From: a virus
Virus record (IMG/VR): IMGVR_UViG_3300032224_000591
Coordinates: 103,757-167,756 of that record
DNA length: 64,000 nucleotides
Strand: one strand, 5' to 3'
Made by a program: the position numbers and the translations under genes. Below the pieces are notes generated by a model. The model was not told where the DNA came from. It was given only the letters and a program-made list of their open reading frames with translations, and searched no databases. Every line of letters starts with the position of its first letter. The first letter of the stretch is position 1. Of this stretch, positions 45,676-56,162 are shown in pieces.

Positions 45676-47750
45676 TGGAAACAATAGGAAAATATCTAAC
45701 TGGCACTTGGGCAGCTGTTATCAGCGTCTGTCTCCTGTTGACATTGTTTGTAATCAATCCAGGGTTTATGCAAACCCTACAGCTAAAGACATTTGACTAT
45801 CTAATCACATCGCTTGAGCAGAAGAAGTCTGATGAGATTGTCATAGTCAATATAGGTGAAAAGTCTGTTGAGAAGTTTGGTCAGTGGCCATTCAACAGAT
45901 CCGATCTATCAACTATTATCGAGAAGCTAAGAGATAATGGTGCCGGCGTCATAGCAGCACCTATACTGTTTTCAGAGAAAGATAGAGCTGGAGGCGATGA
46001 TGATTTTGCAAAGGTTCTCGATGGTGTGGTCCTCGCACAAATCCCAACTATTCAGAATAGTAAACCTGATTCGGTCCGCCGTGGTTTTTCTGCTATTGGG
46101 CCTATTAATCCTAGTACTAGTGTCTACGGTTGGCCTGGTGGATTACGCCCTCTTGATAAGTTCTCCGAAAATGCCTCAGGCGTTGGTGTGGTCGCAACAG
46201 TTCCTGAATTGGACGGTGTGGTTCGTCGTATTCCTTTACTGGTCAATATTGCATCTGGTCTTTATCCAAGCTTTCCTTTGGAAACCATTCGTGTCGCTGC
46301 TGGAGATATTAGTTTCCAAGTTAAAACAAATGATGAGGGCATTGAGGCGGTTAGAATCCCACAGTTCCCTGCTATATCGACCGACACACGAGGACGCATC
46401 TGGCTAGCATGGAACAATAAGTTCGAAACCCTAGAAGCATCCGAAATTGATGATAGGGTCAAAGATAAAGTAGTTGTACTTGGGCTTACGATTGAAGGTG
46501 TCGGTGGTATTATAGCCACACCAATCGGTGAAAAATGGGCGCACGAAATTCAAGCTCAGGCTCTCCAGACTCTTGTTGATGGTACTTCTATCTCTCGCCT
46601 ATCCGTAGCAAAACTATTAGAAGGAACATTACTAGCATTGCTACTAATGCTACTTCTGTATATAGTTCCAAGACTGACTGTAAGTTTGACAGTTCCATTT
46701 TACGCCCTCTGTATTGCATGCATATCATATGGATCCTATTACTTATTTAAGACACAACTTCAGTTATGGGATCCAAGCTATATCATATTGGCAACAACTG
46801 CTGTATATGGTCATCTTGTATTCAATAACTTTGCCCGTGAGTTCAGACTTAAGCAGCAGATTAAGAAGCAGTTTGGTACGTACCTATCACCAGCACTTGT
46901 TGAGAAGCTTCAGAAGAACCCTGAGCTACTACGTCTTGGTGGTGAAACACGAGAGCTATCGATTATGTTCACGGACGTCCGTGGCTTTACTACTATTAGT
47001 GAGCATTATGGCAGTGATGTTCAGGGTCTGACAAAGATCATGAATCGCTATATGACAGCGATGACTGCAAAGATTATTCAGAATGAAGGTACACTAGACA
47101 AGTATATTGGTGATGCTCAGATGGCTTTCTGGAATGCGCCATTAGATGATAAAGAACACGCTAAACATGCAGTTAAAACAGCATTGGAGATGTTGGATGA
47201 CCTCAAAAGATTTAACACCGAGATTTTGGCTGAAGGTGTGCCTCCCTTTGGTATGGGTCTTGGCATTAACACAGGTAGTGTCGTTGTGGGGAACATGGGA
47301 TCTTCTCAGCGTTTTGATTACACCTGTCTTGGCGATACTGTTAACTTGGCAAGTCGTTTGGAAGGACAGAGTAAACCGTACCATGTAAAGATGGTTATCG
47401 GTCCACTCACATACCAATATGTGAAGGACGAGTATCTATGCCTAGAGCTTGATTGCCTTGCAGTTAAGGGTAAGAGCGAGGGTGTTAAGATCTATACGAT
47501 CGTTAACAAGAATGCTATCAACAATGCCTACTCAAAGACACATGCTGACTTCCTACAACACTATCGCGATATGAACTGGGAGAAAGCACTTGAGTACATA
47601 CCCTACCTTGATAGTGCTTTCGAAGGCGATATGACCGAGTACTACCATATGATGGTAGAGAGAATTGAAGAGTATAAGAAGACACCACCTGGTGTATGGT
47701 ATGATGGGGAGCAGATCTGGGATGGTGTCTTTAGAACAAACAGCAAATAA
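45675..47750 (+). CDS. CHASE2-domain class III adenylate cyclase
   Basis: GQWPFNR, DGVVRRIP (CHASE2); 3 TM; FTDVRGFT, DKYIGDA, YTCLGDTVNLASRLE. Confidence 0.95.
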   Translation: METIGKYLTGTWAAVISVCLLLTLFVINPGFMQTLQLKTFDYLITSLEQKKSDEIVIVNIGEKSVEKFGQWPFNRSDLSTIIEKLRDNGAGVIAAPILFSEKDRAGGDDDFAKVLDGVVLAQIPTIQNSKPDSVRRGFSAIGPINPSTSVYGWPGGLRPLDKFSENASGVGVVATVPELDGVVRRIPLLVNIASGLYPSFPLETIRVAAGDISFQVKTNDEGIEAVRIPQFPAISTDTRGRIWLAWNNKFETLEASEIDDRVKDKVVVLGLTIEGVGGIIATPIGEKWAHEIQAQALQTLVDGTSISRLSVAKLLEGTLLALLLMLLLYIVPRLTVSLTVPFYALCIACISYGSYYLFKTQLQLWDPSYIILATTAVYGHLVFNNFAREFRLKQQIKKQFGTYLSPALVEKLQKNPELLRLGGETRELSIMFTDVRGFTTISEHYGSDVQGLTKIMNRYMTAMTAKIIQNEGTLDKYIGDAQMAFWNAPLDDKEHAKHAVKTALEMLDDLKRFNTEILAEGVPPFGMGLGINTGSVVVGNMGSSQRFDYTCLGDTVNLASRLEGQSKPYHVKMVIGPLTYQYVKDEYLCLELDCLAVKGKSEGVKIYTIVNKNAINNAYSKTHADFLQHYRDMNWEKALEYIPYLDSAFEGDMTEYYHMMVERIEEYKKTPPGVWYDGEQIWDGVFRTNSK

Positions 47751-48891
47751 TTATTGTTCGTTGGCTTATGGTGGGTTATTTTATCAGAATGGCTCAGCAT
47801 CTTCTTGTTGTGCTATGAAAACACAACCAATGTCACCGGATGAATATCTAAATCATCCTGATACTATAAAGCTTCGACAAGATTTTACTAATGGGTTAAA
47901 ACCTGAAAAGTGTATTAACTGTTGGGATAAAGAAGATCGTGGTCATCGTAGCATTCGTAGCTATTTTCAGAAAGAACGTGATCCTTCTAAAATTACACAC
48001 ATGGAGCTCCGTGAAAGTAATCTATGCAATTATGGTTGTAGGATGTGTGATCGCTCGAGTAGTAGTGTAATAGAGCATGAGATGGATAATAATCCTCAGC
48101 TTGAAAAGTATTTTAATCGCGATAAGGATTCAGACACGCTAGAGACTGATACCGACACTTCACCGACTTCTAATAAAAATTGGAATGAAATACTAGTACT
48201 AGCCCATGGGTTAGAATCACTCATTCTAACCGGTGGTGAACCAATGTTAATGAAACGATACTATGATCTTTTAGATTATCTAGTTAAGATTGGAAAGCAA
48301 AATATAAAGTTAATCATATACACAAATGGTAGTGTGTATAATCCTATTATTGTTGATAAGCTTAAGAACTTTCCTAATCTAATCTTAAAGTTTAGTATTG
48401 ACGGTGTTGGAAAAGTTGGTGAGTATCAAAGACATAGGTCAGATTGGAATGTAGTAAGTTCTAACCTTTTACGATTTTCAGAATTACCATTGACAATCAA
48501 GATTCATACTACTATAACAGCATATAATATATTAGATATTTCTAATCTAGCAAAATATTTAGTTTCACTACAACTTCCACATTATAATAATGCTGCTACA
48601 ATAAGTGATGCTACAGCACATGTTGTCGCGCATCCAAGAAGTCTTGAATTTCTTAATCTAAATGTACCTCTAAAGATACGAGCTATACAAGAAATTAATA
48701 AAGCAGTTAAATTAATGGAAGGCTATAAATTCTTAGCATCATATTCAAATGATCTTATGGCAGTACAAAATATGCTAGTAGAAACTAAACACGAAGAAAC
48801 TAAGTTTCATAAATTTGTTGAGATGACTAAAGCATTAGATAAAGTTAGAAACGAGAGGTTTGAGGATGTCTTTGGCTACAAGCTATACTAG
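47722..48891 (+). CDS. Twitch-domain radical SAM protein
   Basis: N-terminal C...CC...C..C, CNYGCRMC, TGGEP, SIDG; start uncertain. Confidence 0.9.
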   Translation: MVSLEQTANNYCSLAYGGLFYQNGSASSCCAMKTQPMSPDEYLNHPDTIKLRQDFTNGLKPEKCINCWDKEDRGHRSIRSYFQKERDPSKITHMELRESNLCNYGCRMCDRSSSSVIEHEMDNNPQLEKYFNRDKDSDTLETDTDTSPTSNKNWNEILVLAHGLESLILTGGEPMLMKRYYDLLDYLVKIGKQNIKLIIYTNGSVYNPIIVDKLKNFPNLILKFSIDGVGKVGEYQRHRSDWNVVSSNLLRFSELPLTIKIHTTITAYNILDISNLAKYLVSLQLPHYNNAATISDATAHVVAHPRSLEFLNLNVPLKIRAIQEINKAVKLMEGYKFLASYSNDLMAVQNMLVETKHEETKFHKFVEMTKALDKVRNERFEDVFGYKLY

Positions 48892-48922
48892 CCTAGGCAT
48901 CCCCATCTTCCTAGTGTGGACC

Positions 48923-49333
48923 TTACTTGGTCTTCTTCTCTGGTACCGGTACGGTACTATCATCTACTTTGACAGCCTCGTGGTTATGTTTAGCTGCTAG
49001 TTCTTCTGCCGCTTTGACCTGCTTATCGGCGGCTTCAAGCTCTCGTTTCTGAGCTTTAGCTGCTGTTTCCACGTCATGCAGGTGGCGCTCTGACTCAATC
49101 TCTTTACCACGTAGCTGAAGCACAATATTAATTTTTTGATTTAATCTAATTAAATCGTTATCCAGCATGCGGATGCGGTCTATCAGAGCGATAAGTACTG
49201 TGTTAGCATCTGAGAGGACGGGTTTGACCTCTTGTGTTGCCCATATCCAAACATAGTAAATAAGATACCCCATGCCGCCAGCAGCGATAATAGGAAAGCC
49301 ATATTTGTTAATCAGGTCTGCAATATCGCTCAT
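48923..49333 (-). CDS. Small membrane protein with GFPI motif (YvrJ-like), paralog 1
   Basis: INKYGFPII, TM, LIDRIRMLDNDLIR. Confidence 0.75.
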   Translation of the reverse strand: MSDIADLINKYGFPIIAAGGMGYLIYYVWIWATQEVKPVLSDANTVLIALIDRIRMLDNDLIRLNQKINIVLQLRGKEIESERHLHDVETAAKAQKRELEAADKQVKAAEELAAKHNHEAVKVDDSTVPVPEKKTK

Positions 49334-49336
49334 CTA

Positions 49337-49618
49337 TCAATCCCTTCTTGCGTCGTTCTTGCCATCAGCTCGTGCGATACGGTCTGTGTCAGGCTTAACA
49401 CCCAGAGCATTTGAGACTAGAGTATCGATACGGATGACGTCATGATTCATAGTTCTCACACGATTATCCAAAGCTGTAATGATGCCAGAAAGCCCTTTGA
49501 CAGAGCTCATAACACCAGCTAGAATAAACTTCATAGTGAGGAACACGAAGTACCCACCGGCACATGCTGCAGCTATTGGGAATCCAACCTCAGCAACTAA
49601 CTTAAACCATTGATCCAT
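49337..49618 (-). CDS. Small membrane protein with GFPI motif (YvrJ-like), paralog 2
   Basis: VAEVGFPIA, TM, LDNRVRTMNHDVIR. Confidence 0.75.
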   Translation of the reverse strand: MDQWFKLVAEVGFPIAAACAGGYFVFLTMKFILAGVMSSVKGLSGIITALDNRVRTMNHDVIRIDTLVSNALGVKPDTDRIARADGKNDARRD

Positions 49619-49689
49619 GTAACACCTTTTTGTTGTACATTGTTGATTGAGTGGTGTATAATCATATTTATCGGTTCAGGAGAAGAAGA

Positions 49690-51981
49690 ATGATCAACAC
49701 AGTATTGGTAACTAAGCGTAGCGGTGATCGTGAACCACTAGATCTTAATAAGTTTCATAAGGTAGTTGCATGGGCATGTGAGGGTATTAACACAGTCTCT
49801 GCATCTGAAATCGAGCTCCGTTCACATATCCAGTTCTACGATGGTATCAAGACTTCTGACATTCAGGAAACACTTATCAAGGCAGCCGCCGACCTTATCA
49901 GCGAAGAAGCCCCGGGTTACCAGTACGTAGCTGGTCGCCTCATCAACTATCATCTGAGGAAGCAAGTATATGGTACCTACCGTGAGCCTCATCTCGCTAG
50001 TCATATTGATAATGTTATTGCAGCTGGATACTATGACAAGGATATTAAAGAATGGTATTCTTTTGCTGATATTAATACTCTTAATGGGTATATTGATCAC
50101 AAGCGAGACTTTTCAATTGCTTATGTTGGTATGGAGCAGTTCCGTGGCAAATATCTAATTCGTAATCGTGTGACAGGGCAGATCTTTGAGACACCTCAGA
50201 TGCTCTATATGCTTATCGCTATGGTGCTCTTCAGAAACTATCCGAAAGAGACACGACTGAAATGGGTAAAGGAACTATATGACGCAACATCTACTTTTGA
50301 AATTTCATTGCCGACTCCTATTATGGCGGGTCTCCGCTCGCCTCAGAAGCAATTCTCTTCGTGCGTCCTTATCGAGACGGATGACAGCCTTGATTCAATC
50401 AATGCTAGCGCTTCCGCAATTGTTAAGTATGTGTCTCAAAAAGCTGGCATTGGTATTAATGCTGGTCGTATTCGTGCTATCGGCTCTCCCATTCGCGCTG
50501 GTGACGCTAGCCATACTGGTGTTATCCCATTTTACAAGCACTTCCAATCCGCCGTTAAGAGTTGCAGCCAGGGCGGTGTACGAGGCGGTGCAGCGACTCT
50601 TTACTATCCTATCTGGCATCTGGAAGTTGAGGACCTACTAGTACTTAAGAACAATAAGGGTACAGAGGATAATCGTATTCGTGGGCTGGACTATGGTGTC
50701 CAATTCAATAAGGTGATGTATGAACGACTTCTTGTTGGCGGGAATATTACTCTTTTCAGCCCTAGTGATGTCCCTGGTCTATATGATAGCTTTTTTATTG
50801 ATGTTGATAAATTCAGATCGCTATATCAAAAATACGAGGCAGATCCGGCGATCAGAAAGAAGTCAATACCCGCTGTGGACCTATTCTCATCGTTCATGCA
50901 GGAAAGAAAAGATACCGGACGAATCTACCTCCAAAATGTCGACCACGCAAACGACCACGGATCGTTCATCAAAGAGCTAGCGCCTATTCATATGTCTAAT
51001 CTTTGTTGTGAAATTACTTTACCAACCAAACCACTCAATGATATTAATGATCCTGATGGAGAGATTTCACTATGTACTCTAGCCGCTATCAACTGGGGGA
51101 AGATTCGTGATCCTGCAGATTTCGAACGTCCTTGTACTCTTGCTGTGCGCGCTTTGGATGAGCTTCTTGATTATCAAGACTATCCTGTTCTTGCAGCTAA
51201 AAATTCTACCATGGCCAGACGCCCTCTTGGTGTTGGTATCATTAACCTCGCTTATTGGTTGGCTCGTAATGATCTTAGCTATCAGCACATTGATCACGAT
51301 GGGTTGAATAAGCTTCATGCATTTGCAGAGGCTTGGTCTTATTATTTAATTAAAGCATCTGTTGATCTAGCAGAGGAGAAGGGTGCCTGTGAGAAGAGTA
51401 ATGAAACAAAATACAGTCAAGGTGCGTTCCCCATACACACCTACAAGAGAGAATTGGACGAAATCGTATCGCCGGAATATCGGATGGACTGGGCTGCGTT
51501 GGGCGATAAGGTTCAGCTTCACGGCATCAGGAACTCAACGCTCATGGCTCTCATGCCATCAGAAACATCAGCACAGATTAGCAACGCAACGAATGGTATT
51601 GAGCCACCAAGATCGCTTGTCTCTGTTAAACAGTCTAAAGATGGCGTCCTTAAACAAGTTGTACCAGAAGTTCGTAAACTTAAAAAGAAATACGACCTAC
51701 TTTGGGACCAACAGTCCCCCGAAGGATATATTAAGATTTGCGGGGTATTGCAAAAGTTCATTGATCAAGGAATTTCCGTCAACACCTCGTACAACCCTAA
51801 ATTCTACGAAGATGAAAAGATACCGATGAGTGATATGATTGGGCATCTGTTGATGTTCTATAAGTATGGCGGAAAACAGCTATACTACTTCAACACCAAT
51901 GATGGTGCTGGAGAATATGAAGAAGCACCTTTGGCTGCTGGTGTTGTTGAAGATGAGGATTGTGAAAGCTGTAAGATATGA
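49690..51981 (+). CDS. nrdA: Class Ia ribonucleotide reductase alpha subunit with ATP cone
   Basis: VTKRSG, QFSSC, SQGGVRGG, SNLCCEI, C-terminal CESC. Confidence 0.98.
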   Translation: MINTVLVTKRSGDREPLDLNKFHKVVAWACEGINTVSASEIELRSHIQFYDGIKTSDIQETLIKAAADLISEEAPGYQYVAGRLINYHLRKQVYGTYREPHLASHIDNVIAAGYYDKDIKEWYSFADINTLNGYIDHKRDFSIAYVGMEQFRGKYLIRNRVTGQIFETPQMLYMLIAMVLFRNYPKETRLKWVKELYDATSTFEISLPTPIMAGLRSPQKQFSSCVLIETDDSLDSINASASAIVKYVSQKAGIGINAGRIRAIGSPIRAGDASHTGVIPFYKHFQSAVKSCSQGGVRGGAATLYYPIWHLEVEDLLVLKNNKGTEDNRIRGLDYGVQFNKVMYERLLVGGNITLFSPSDVPGLYDSFFIDVDKFRSLYQKYEADPAIRKKSIPAVDLFSSFMQERKDTGRIYLQNVDHANDHGSFIKELAPIHMSNLCCEITLPTKPLNDINDPDGEISLCTLAAINWGKIRDPADFERPCTLAVRALDELLDYQDYPVLAAKNSTMARRPLGVGIINLAYWLARNDLSYQHIDHDGLNKLHAFAEAWSYYLIKASVDLAEEKGACEKSNETKYSQGAFPIHTYKRELDEIVSPEYRMDWAALGDKVQLHGIRNSTLMALMPSETSAQISNATNGIEPPRSLVSVKQSKDGVLKQVVPEVRKLKKKYDLLWDQQSPEGYIKICGVLQKFIDQGISVNTSYNPKFYEDEKIPMSDMIGHLLMFYKYGGKQLYYFNTNDGAGEYEEAPLAAGVVEDEDCESCKI

Positions 51982-52392
51982 GATATTTCTGTTACTATGA
52001 GTGGGATGAAAATCGTAAATGGGTCGAAACAGTATCAGAGCAACAGATTCGTGATTGGGAATGGTACGCATGGCAACGTAGGAAGTCTTGGAAAGAAGGA
52101 ACAGATTATGTGAACAAAACCTACTGTTTCCAAGACTGTCTAGATGAATGGATCATTGTAAATCAAGCGTGGGAGAGCACTGATGAATGATTTAAGCTTC
52201 ACACTATATGAAAGACTAGAAAATAACGAATCAAAATTTGTTGGAAGATATTATAACGGATACTCAGAAAAACAAGTGATTGATATTGTTTGTAATCGCA
52301 CTAAAGCATTTGATAAAGGAAGAATGCTTTATGTGGTAGATGATCTAGTTGGAAATATTATCGCAGAAATTAAAGATGGGAAACGGCTATGA
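51978..52392 (+). other. Two small hypothetical CDSs (51978-52190, 52183-52392)
   Basis: Coupled ORFs. Confidence 0.6.
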
Positions 52393-53090
52393 CATATCAA
52401 AACGAATCACAAGCATATCCAGCACCAGTAGTTGATTGGGGTCTAAGAACATATCTCGTTGGTGTGTTCAATCACATGGGAATCGCATTGTTAATCAGTG
52501 CGATTGTCAGCGCATACATTGGTCTGTCACCTGAGATTGGTGCTGCTATCTGGGGGACACCGTTCAAGTGGGTTGCTATCTTTGCACCTCTTGCATTCGT
52601 GTTTCTGTTTGCATATATTGCAGATAAGATTTCATCAGGCACTGCAGCAATCATGCTCTATGTTTTTGCTGGCTTGATGGGCTTGAGTCTTAGTAGCATT
52701 TTTATGATATTCAAGTTGGGCAGTATTGCTAATGTGTTTTTCATTAGTGCTGCTACATTTGGTGCTACTGCATTGTATGGATACACAACCAAGCGTGACC
52801 TAAGTAGCATGGGATCATTCCTAATGATGGGTGCTATTGGTTTGATGATTGCTGGTGTTGTCAATCTGTTTCTACAGAGTAGTATTATGGCCTTTGTCAT
52901 CAGTGTTATTGGTGTACTTATCTTTGTTGGCTTCACCGCATATGATATGCAGGATATTAAGGAGAAGTACTACGAACTAAATGATGATGAAGAGATCCGT
53001 AAGGCTGGTATCTTTGGCGCTCTTAATCTTTACCTAGACTTTGTGAATATCTTTATCAATCTGCTACAGTTGTTAGGAGATAGGAAGTGA
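52389..53090 (+). CDS. Bax inhibitor-1/YccA family membrane protein
   Basis: 7 TM, YGYTTKRDLS, TAYD.Q, ALNLYLDFVNIF. Confidence 0.93.
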   Translation: MTYQNESQAYPAPVVDWGLRTYLVGVFNHMGIALLISAIVSAYIGLSPEIGAAIWGTPFKWVAIFAPLAFVFLFAYIADKISSGTAAIMLYVFAGLMGLSLSSIFMIFKLGSIANVFFISAATFGATALYGYTTKRDLSSMGSFLMMGAIGLMIAGVVNLFLQSSIMAFVISVIGVLIFVGFTAYDMQDIKEKYYELNDDEEIRKAGIFGALNLYLDFVNIFINLLQLLGDRK

Positions 53091-54360
53091 AAGTAAAGAA
53101 AACTAATGTGATGAATGAGCATGTAAATCACTATTATGCTATTATGATCGCTCGAAGAAATAAATGTTTTGGTCCAGTTTATCGTATTCATGATAGATGG
53201 GGTGGATACTGGCAAACCACTTCTCCAGAAGGTTATGCTTATAATTTTAGAACCTTGGTTAAAGGATGACAAGAAATGAACGAGCGTATCACAGAACTTT
53301 CTATGGAAGCAGAAACTTATGCACGAAGTATATGTAATCCAGCTGGTAACTATCGAAACGAAGAAACTGATGAAGTAAAACCATTCTGGCGAGTTTCAAG
53401 AGAAAAGTTCGCTGAGTTGATTATTAAGGAAGTTTTGGCAGTTCAAGAACAACTGATTGCTGAAGGTCACAATGCTTGGCATGTGAATAAACCCACACGA
53501 GAACATTTTGGAGTTGAATGATGAAACTTGCTTGGTTATGTTATCTACACGATGAAGACGATTTGCTGCCAGTGATTCGTTTCGAAGAACCAGAGCGTTG
53601 GATATATCGCAAGATTGTTCCTATCGTCTATGCTGTGTTGGAGAGTAATGATGATAACTGAAATCAAATGCATTGAGTGTGAGGAAGTTGCAACATGGAT
53701 ACGCCATACGCAATTTGCTGGCTCTCACCCTTTCTGCGAACATCATGCTAAGTTACAGACTGACTTCTATAATAGTGATAGCTATTTGGACTGGGAAGAG
53801 TTGACTGATGAAAGAGATGAATAAAAACGATAGAATTTATCATGATATGTCAACTATGATTGATGTAAAGTATCATGATAAGTATTTTGTTCACAGAGTG
53901 ATAAGGTTTCTCCGCGATCACCCTGAAAGAGCGCCAGACTACGAAGATTTTGTGCCTGATTGGCAGACGAGGAAGTTAGATGAGTAGCTCTGTTACACAA
54001 TTAAATCCACCTATTCCTTTAATGACACCAAAGGGTAGAGCTACGGCTCATTTCCTTATCGACTATGGTGTTGAAAATGATCTTATGTGGGTATGTTTTC
54101 AAGATGACACAGGTGAATCGTGGACTTGGGAAAATGCATATATAAGAGCCAGAGTTAATGAAACAATTGGCAGAAGAAAGATAAGCAAGATAAATGTTTG
54201 AAGTAACAAAAGACAACTATCATACTTTTTTAACATTTCATGGTATGAATCCTGAAGTGGCTGAATATGTTATCAATCAATATGATAACACTGAAGGTTA
54301 TCATAATTTGATGAGTGTTCGTTTATGGGTTGAAGCCTCTAAGTTTGTAGTAGGGATTAA
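53087..54360 (+). other. Cluster of short hypothetical CDSs between BI-1 and nrdB
   Basis: Consecutive small + strand ORFs incl. 53276-53521, 53980-54201. Confidence 0.55.
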
Positions 54361-54363
54361 TAA

Positions 54364-55464
54364 ATGAGCTATAGCGTATTCGATTCAAAAAATAAGAAAG
54401 ATGCAACACAGGTAAGAGCATTCTTCGATGATGCTCCTACCATTGCTCGTTACGATAAGCAAAAGTATCCATGGATCGAAAAGCTCACTAATCAACAGCT
54501 TGGATTCTTCTGGCGCCCAGAGGAAGTAGACATCTATAAAGATTCTAAAGACTTTAAGGATCTAACAGTTCATGAACAACATATTTTTACCTCAAATCTT
54601 AAGCGACAAATTCTCCTTGACTCAGTACAGGGTAGAGCACCAACAATGGCATTTGGACCTATTTGTAGTTTACCTGAACTCGAAACATGGATCACAACTT
54701 GGGCATTCTCAGAGACCATCCACTCACGCAGCTATACGCACATCATACGAAACATTTATCCAAACCCATCCAAGATATTCGATGAGATAATGGACATTCC
54801 TGAGATCGTTGAATGCGCAGGTGATATTAGTAAGTATTATGATAAGCTGATCATGTATAACTCATTTCCTATGTCGAACCCTAATAACACTGTTCATCCA
54901 ATGGCACATAAAAAAGCTCTTTGGTTGGCTCTTATGTCTGTTAACGTACTTGAAGGAGTTAGGTTCTATGTATCTTTTGCGTGCAGTTGGGCTTTCGCAG
55001 AAGTTAAAAGAATGGAGGGAAATGCCAAGATCATCAAGCTTATTGCCCGTGACGAGAACCTTCATCTTGCTGGAACACAACAGCTACTCAAGGCGCTTCA
55101 GAAAGAAGATGAGGACTTCGCCGCAATTGCTCAAGAAACGAAAGATGAATGCATCCAACTTTTCGTTAGTGCTGTTAACCAAGAGAAAGCTTGGGCGAGT
55201 TATCTATTCAGAGACGGGTCGATGGTTGGTTTGAATGAGGCTCTGCTGAACGAATATATAGAGTGGATTGCCAACAAGCGTATGACTGCGGTCGGTCTAC
55301 CGACACCTTATAAAGGTGGAAGCAATCCACTGCCATGGACGCAAAAGTGGATCAGTGGCAGCGAGGTGCAGGTTGCCCCACAAGAAACTGAGATCACAAG
55401 TTATATTAATGGTGGTGTGAAGAAGGACGTTAATGAGAACACATTTAAGGGTTTCAGTCTATGA
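54364..55464 (+). CDS. nrdB: Class Ia ribonucleotide reductase beta subunit
   Basis: FFWRPEE, DSVQGR, ETIHSRSY, EGVRFYVSF, RDENLH. Confidence 0.98.
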   Translation: MSYSVFDSKNKKDATQVRAFFDDAPTIARYDKQKYPWIEKLTNQQLGFFWRPEEVDIYKDSKDFKDLTVHEQHIFTSNLKRQILLDSVQGRAPTMAFGPICSLPELETWITTWAFSETIHSRSYTHIIRNIYPNPSKIFDEIMDIPEIVECAGDISKYYDKLIMYNSFPMSNPNNTVHPMAHKKALWLALMSVNVLEGVRFYVSFACSWAFAEVKRMEGNAKIIKLIARDENLHLAGTQQLLKALQKEDEDFAAIAQETKDECIQLFVSAVNQEKAWASYLFRDGSMVGLNEALLNEYIEWIANKRMTAVGLPTPYKGGSNPLPWTQKWISGSEVQVAPQETEITSYINGGVKKDVNENTFKGFSL

Positions 55465-56162
55465 TTTCATTCATCATACCATGCTACAACGAGCAAGACT
55501 ATATTAAAGAATGCATTCAATCTATCAAGCGTGAAGCTAAATGGATTCCACACGAGATTATTGTGGTTGATAATAACTGTACTGATAACACAGTGTATAT
55601 TGCTATACAAGAAGGTGCGATTGTTGTCACTGAGAAGCAAAAGGGTGTGGTATTTGCACGTCAATCTGGGTATGAACACGCTAAATATAGTCTGATTGCA
55701 AATATCGATGCAGACTCCAGATTATTTCCAGGCTGGATCTGGATAGCAATGAAGCACATATCACAACCAGATGTTGTAGCTGTAACAGGACCAATCATAT
55801 ATGATGGTGCATCATTAGCGCTGCGTGTTCTCACGAGAATCTACTATTGGTTTGCCCTACAAAGCAATAAGTATATCGGTGTCTTTCTACAAGGTGGCAA
55901 CTGCTTAATAAGAAAGTCTGCCCTAGATTTGGTTGGTGGTTACGATCGATCAATAGCCTTCTATGGTGAGGATACGATGACAGCCAAACGACTTGAGCAA
56001 TCTGGTAAGATTGTATTTGAACCAGGTCTGTTTATCTACTCCTCTCCAAGGAGATTGAAAGACCAGGGCATTATCAGCACTACATGGTTATATCTAACGA
56101 ATTATTTCTCGGTGACTTTTAAGAACAAATCCACTACAGACGATTACAAGGATTTTAGATGA
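55461..56162 (+). CDS. GT2 family glycosyltransferase
   Basis: IIPCYNE, VDNNCTD, DAD, GED, SPRR. Confidence 0.93.
   Translation: MISFIIPCYNEQDYIKECIQSIKREAKWIPHEIIVVDNNCTDNTVYIAIQEGAIVVTEKQKGVVFARQSGYEHAKYSLIANIDADSRLFPGWIWIAMKHISQPDVVAVTGPIIYDGASLALRVLTRIYYWFALQSNKYIGVFLQGGNCLIRKSALDLVGGYDRSIAFYGEDTMTAKRLEQSGKIVFEPGLFIYSSPRRLKDQGIISTTWLYLTNYFSVTFKNKSTTDDYKDFR

Noticed and set aside
22034-55464. Introns or inteins in gp43, gp41, thyX, nrdA, nrdB
   Set aside because: All are uninterrupted and of normal length
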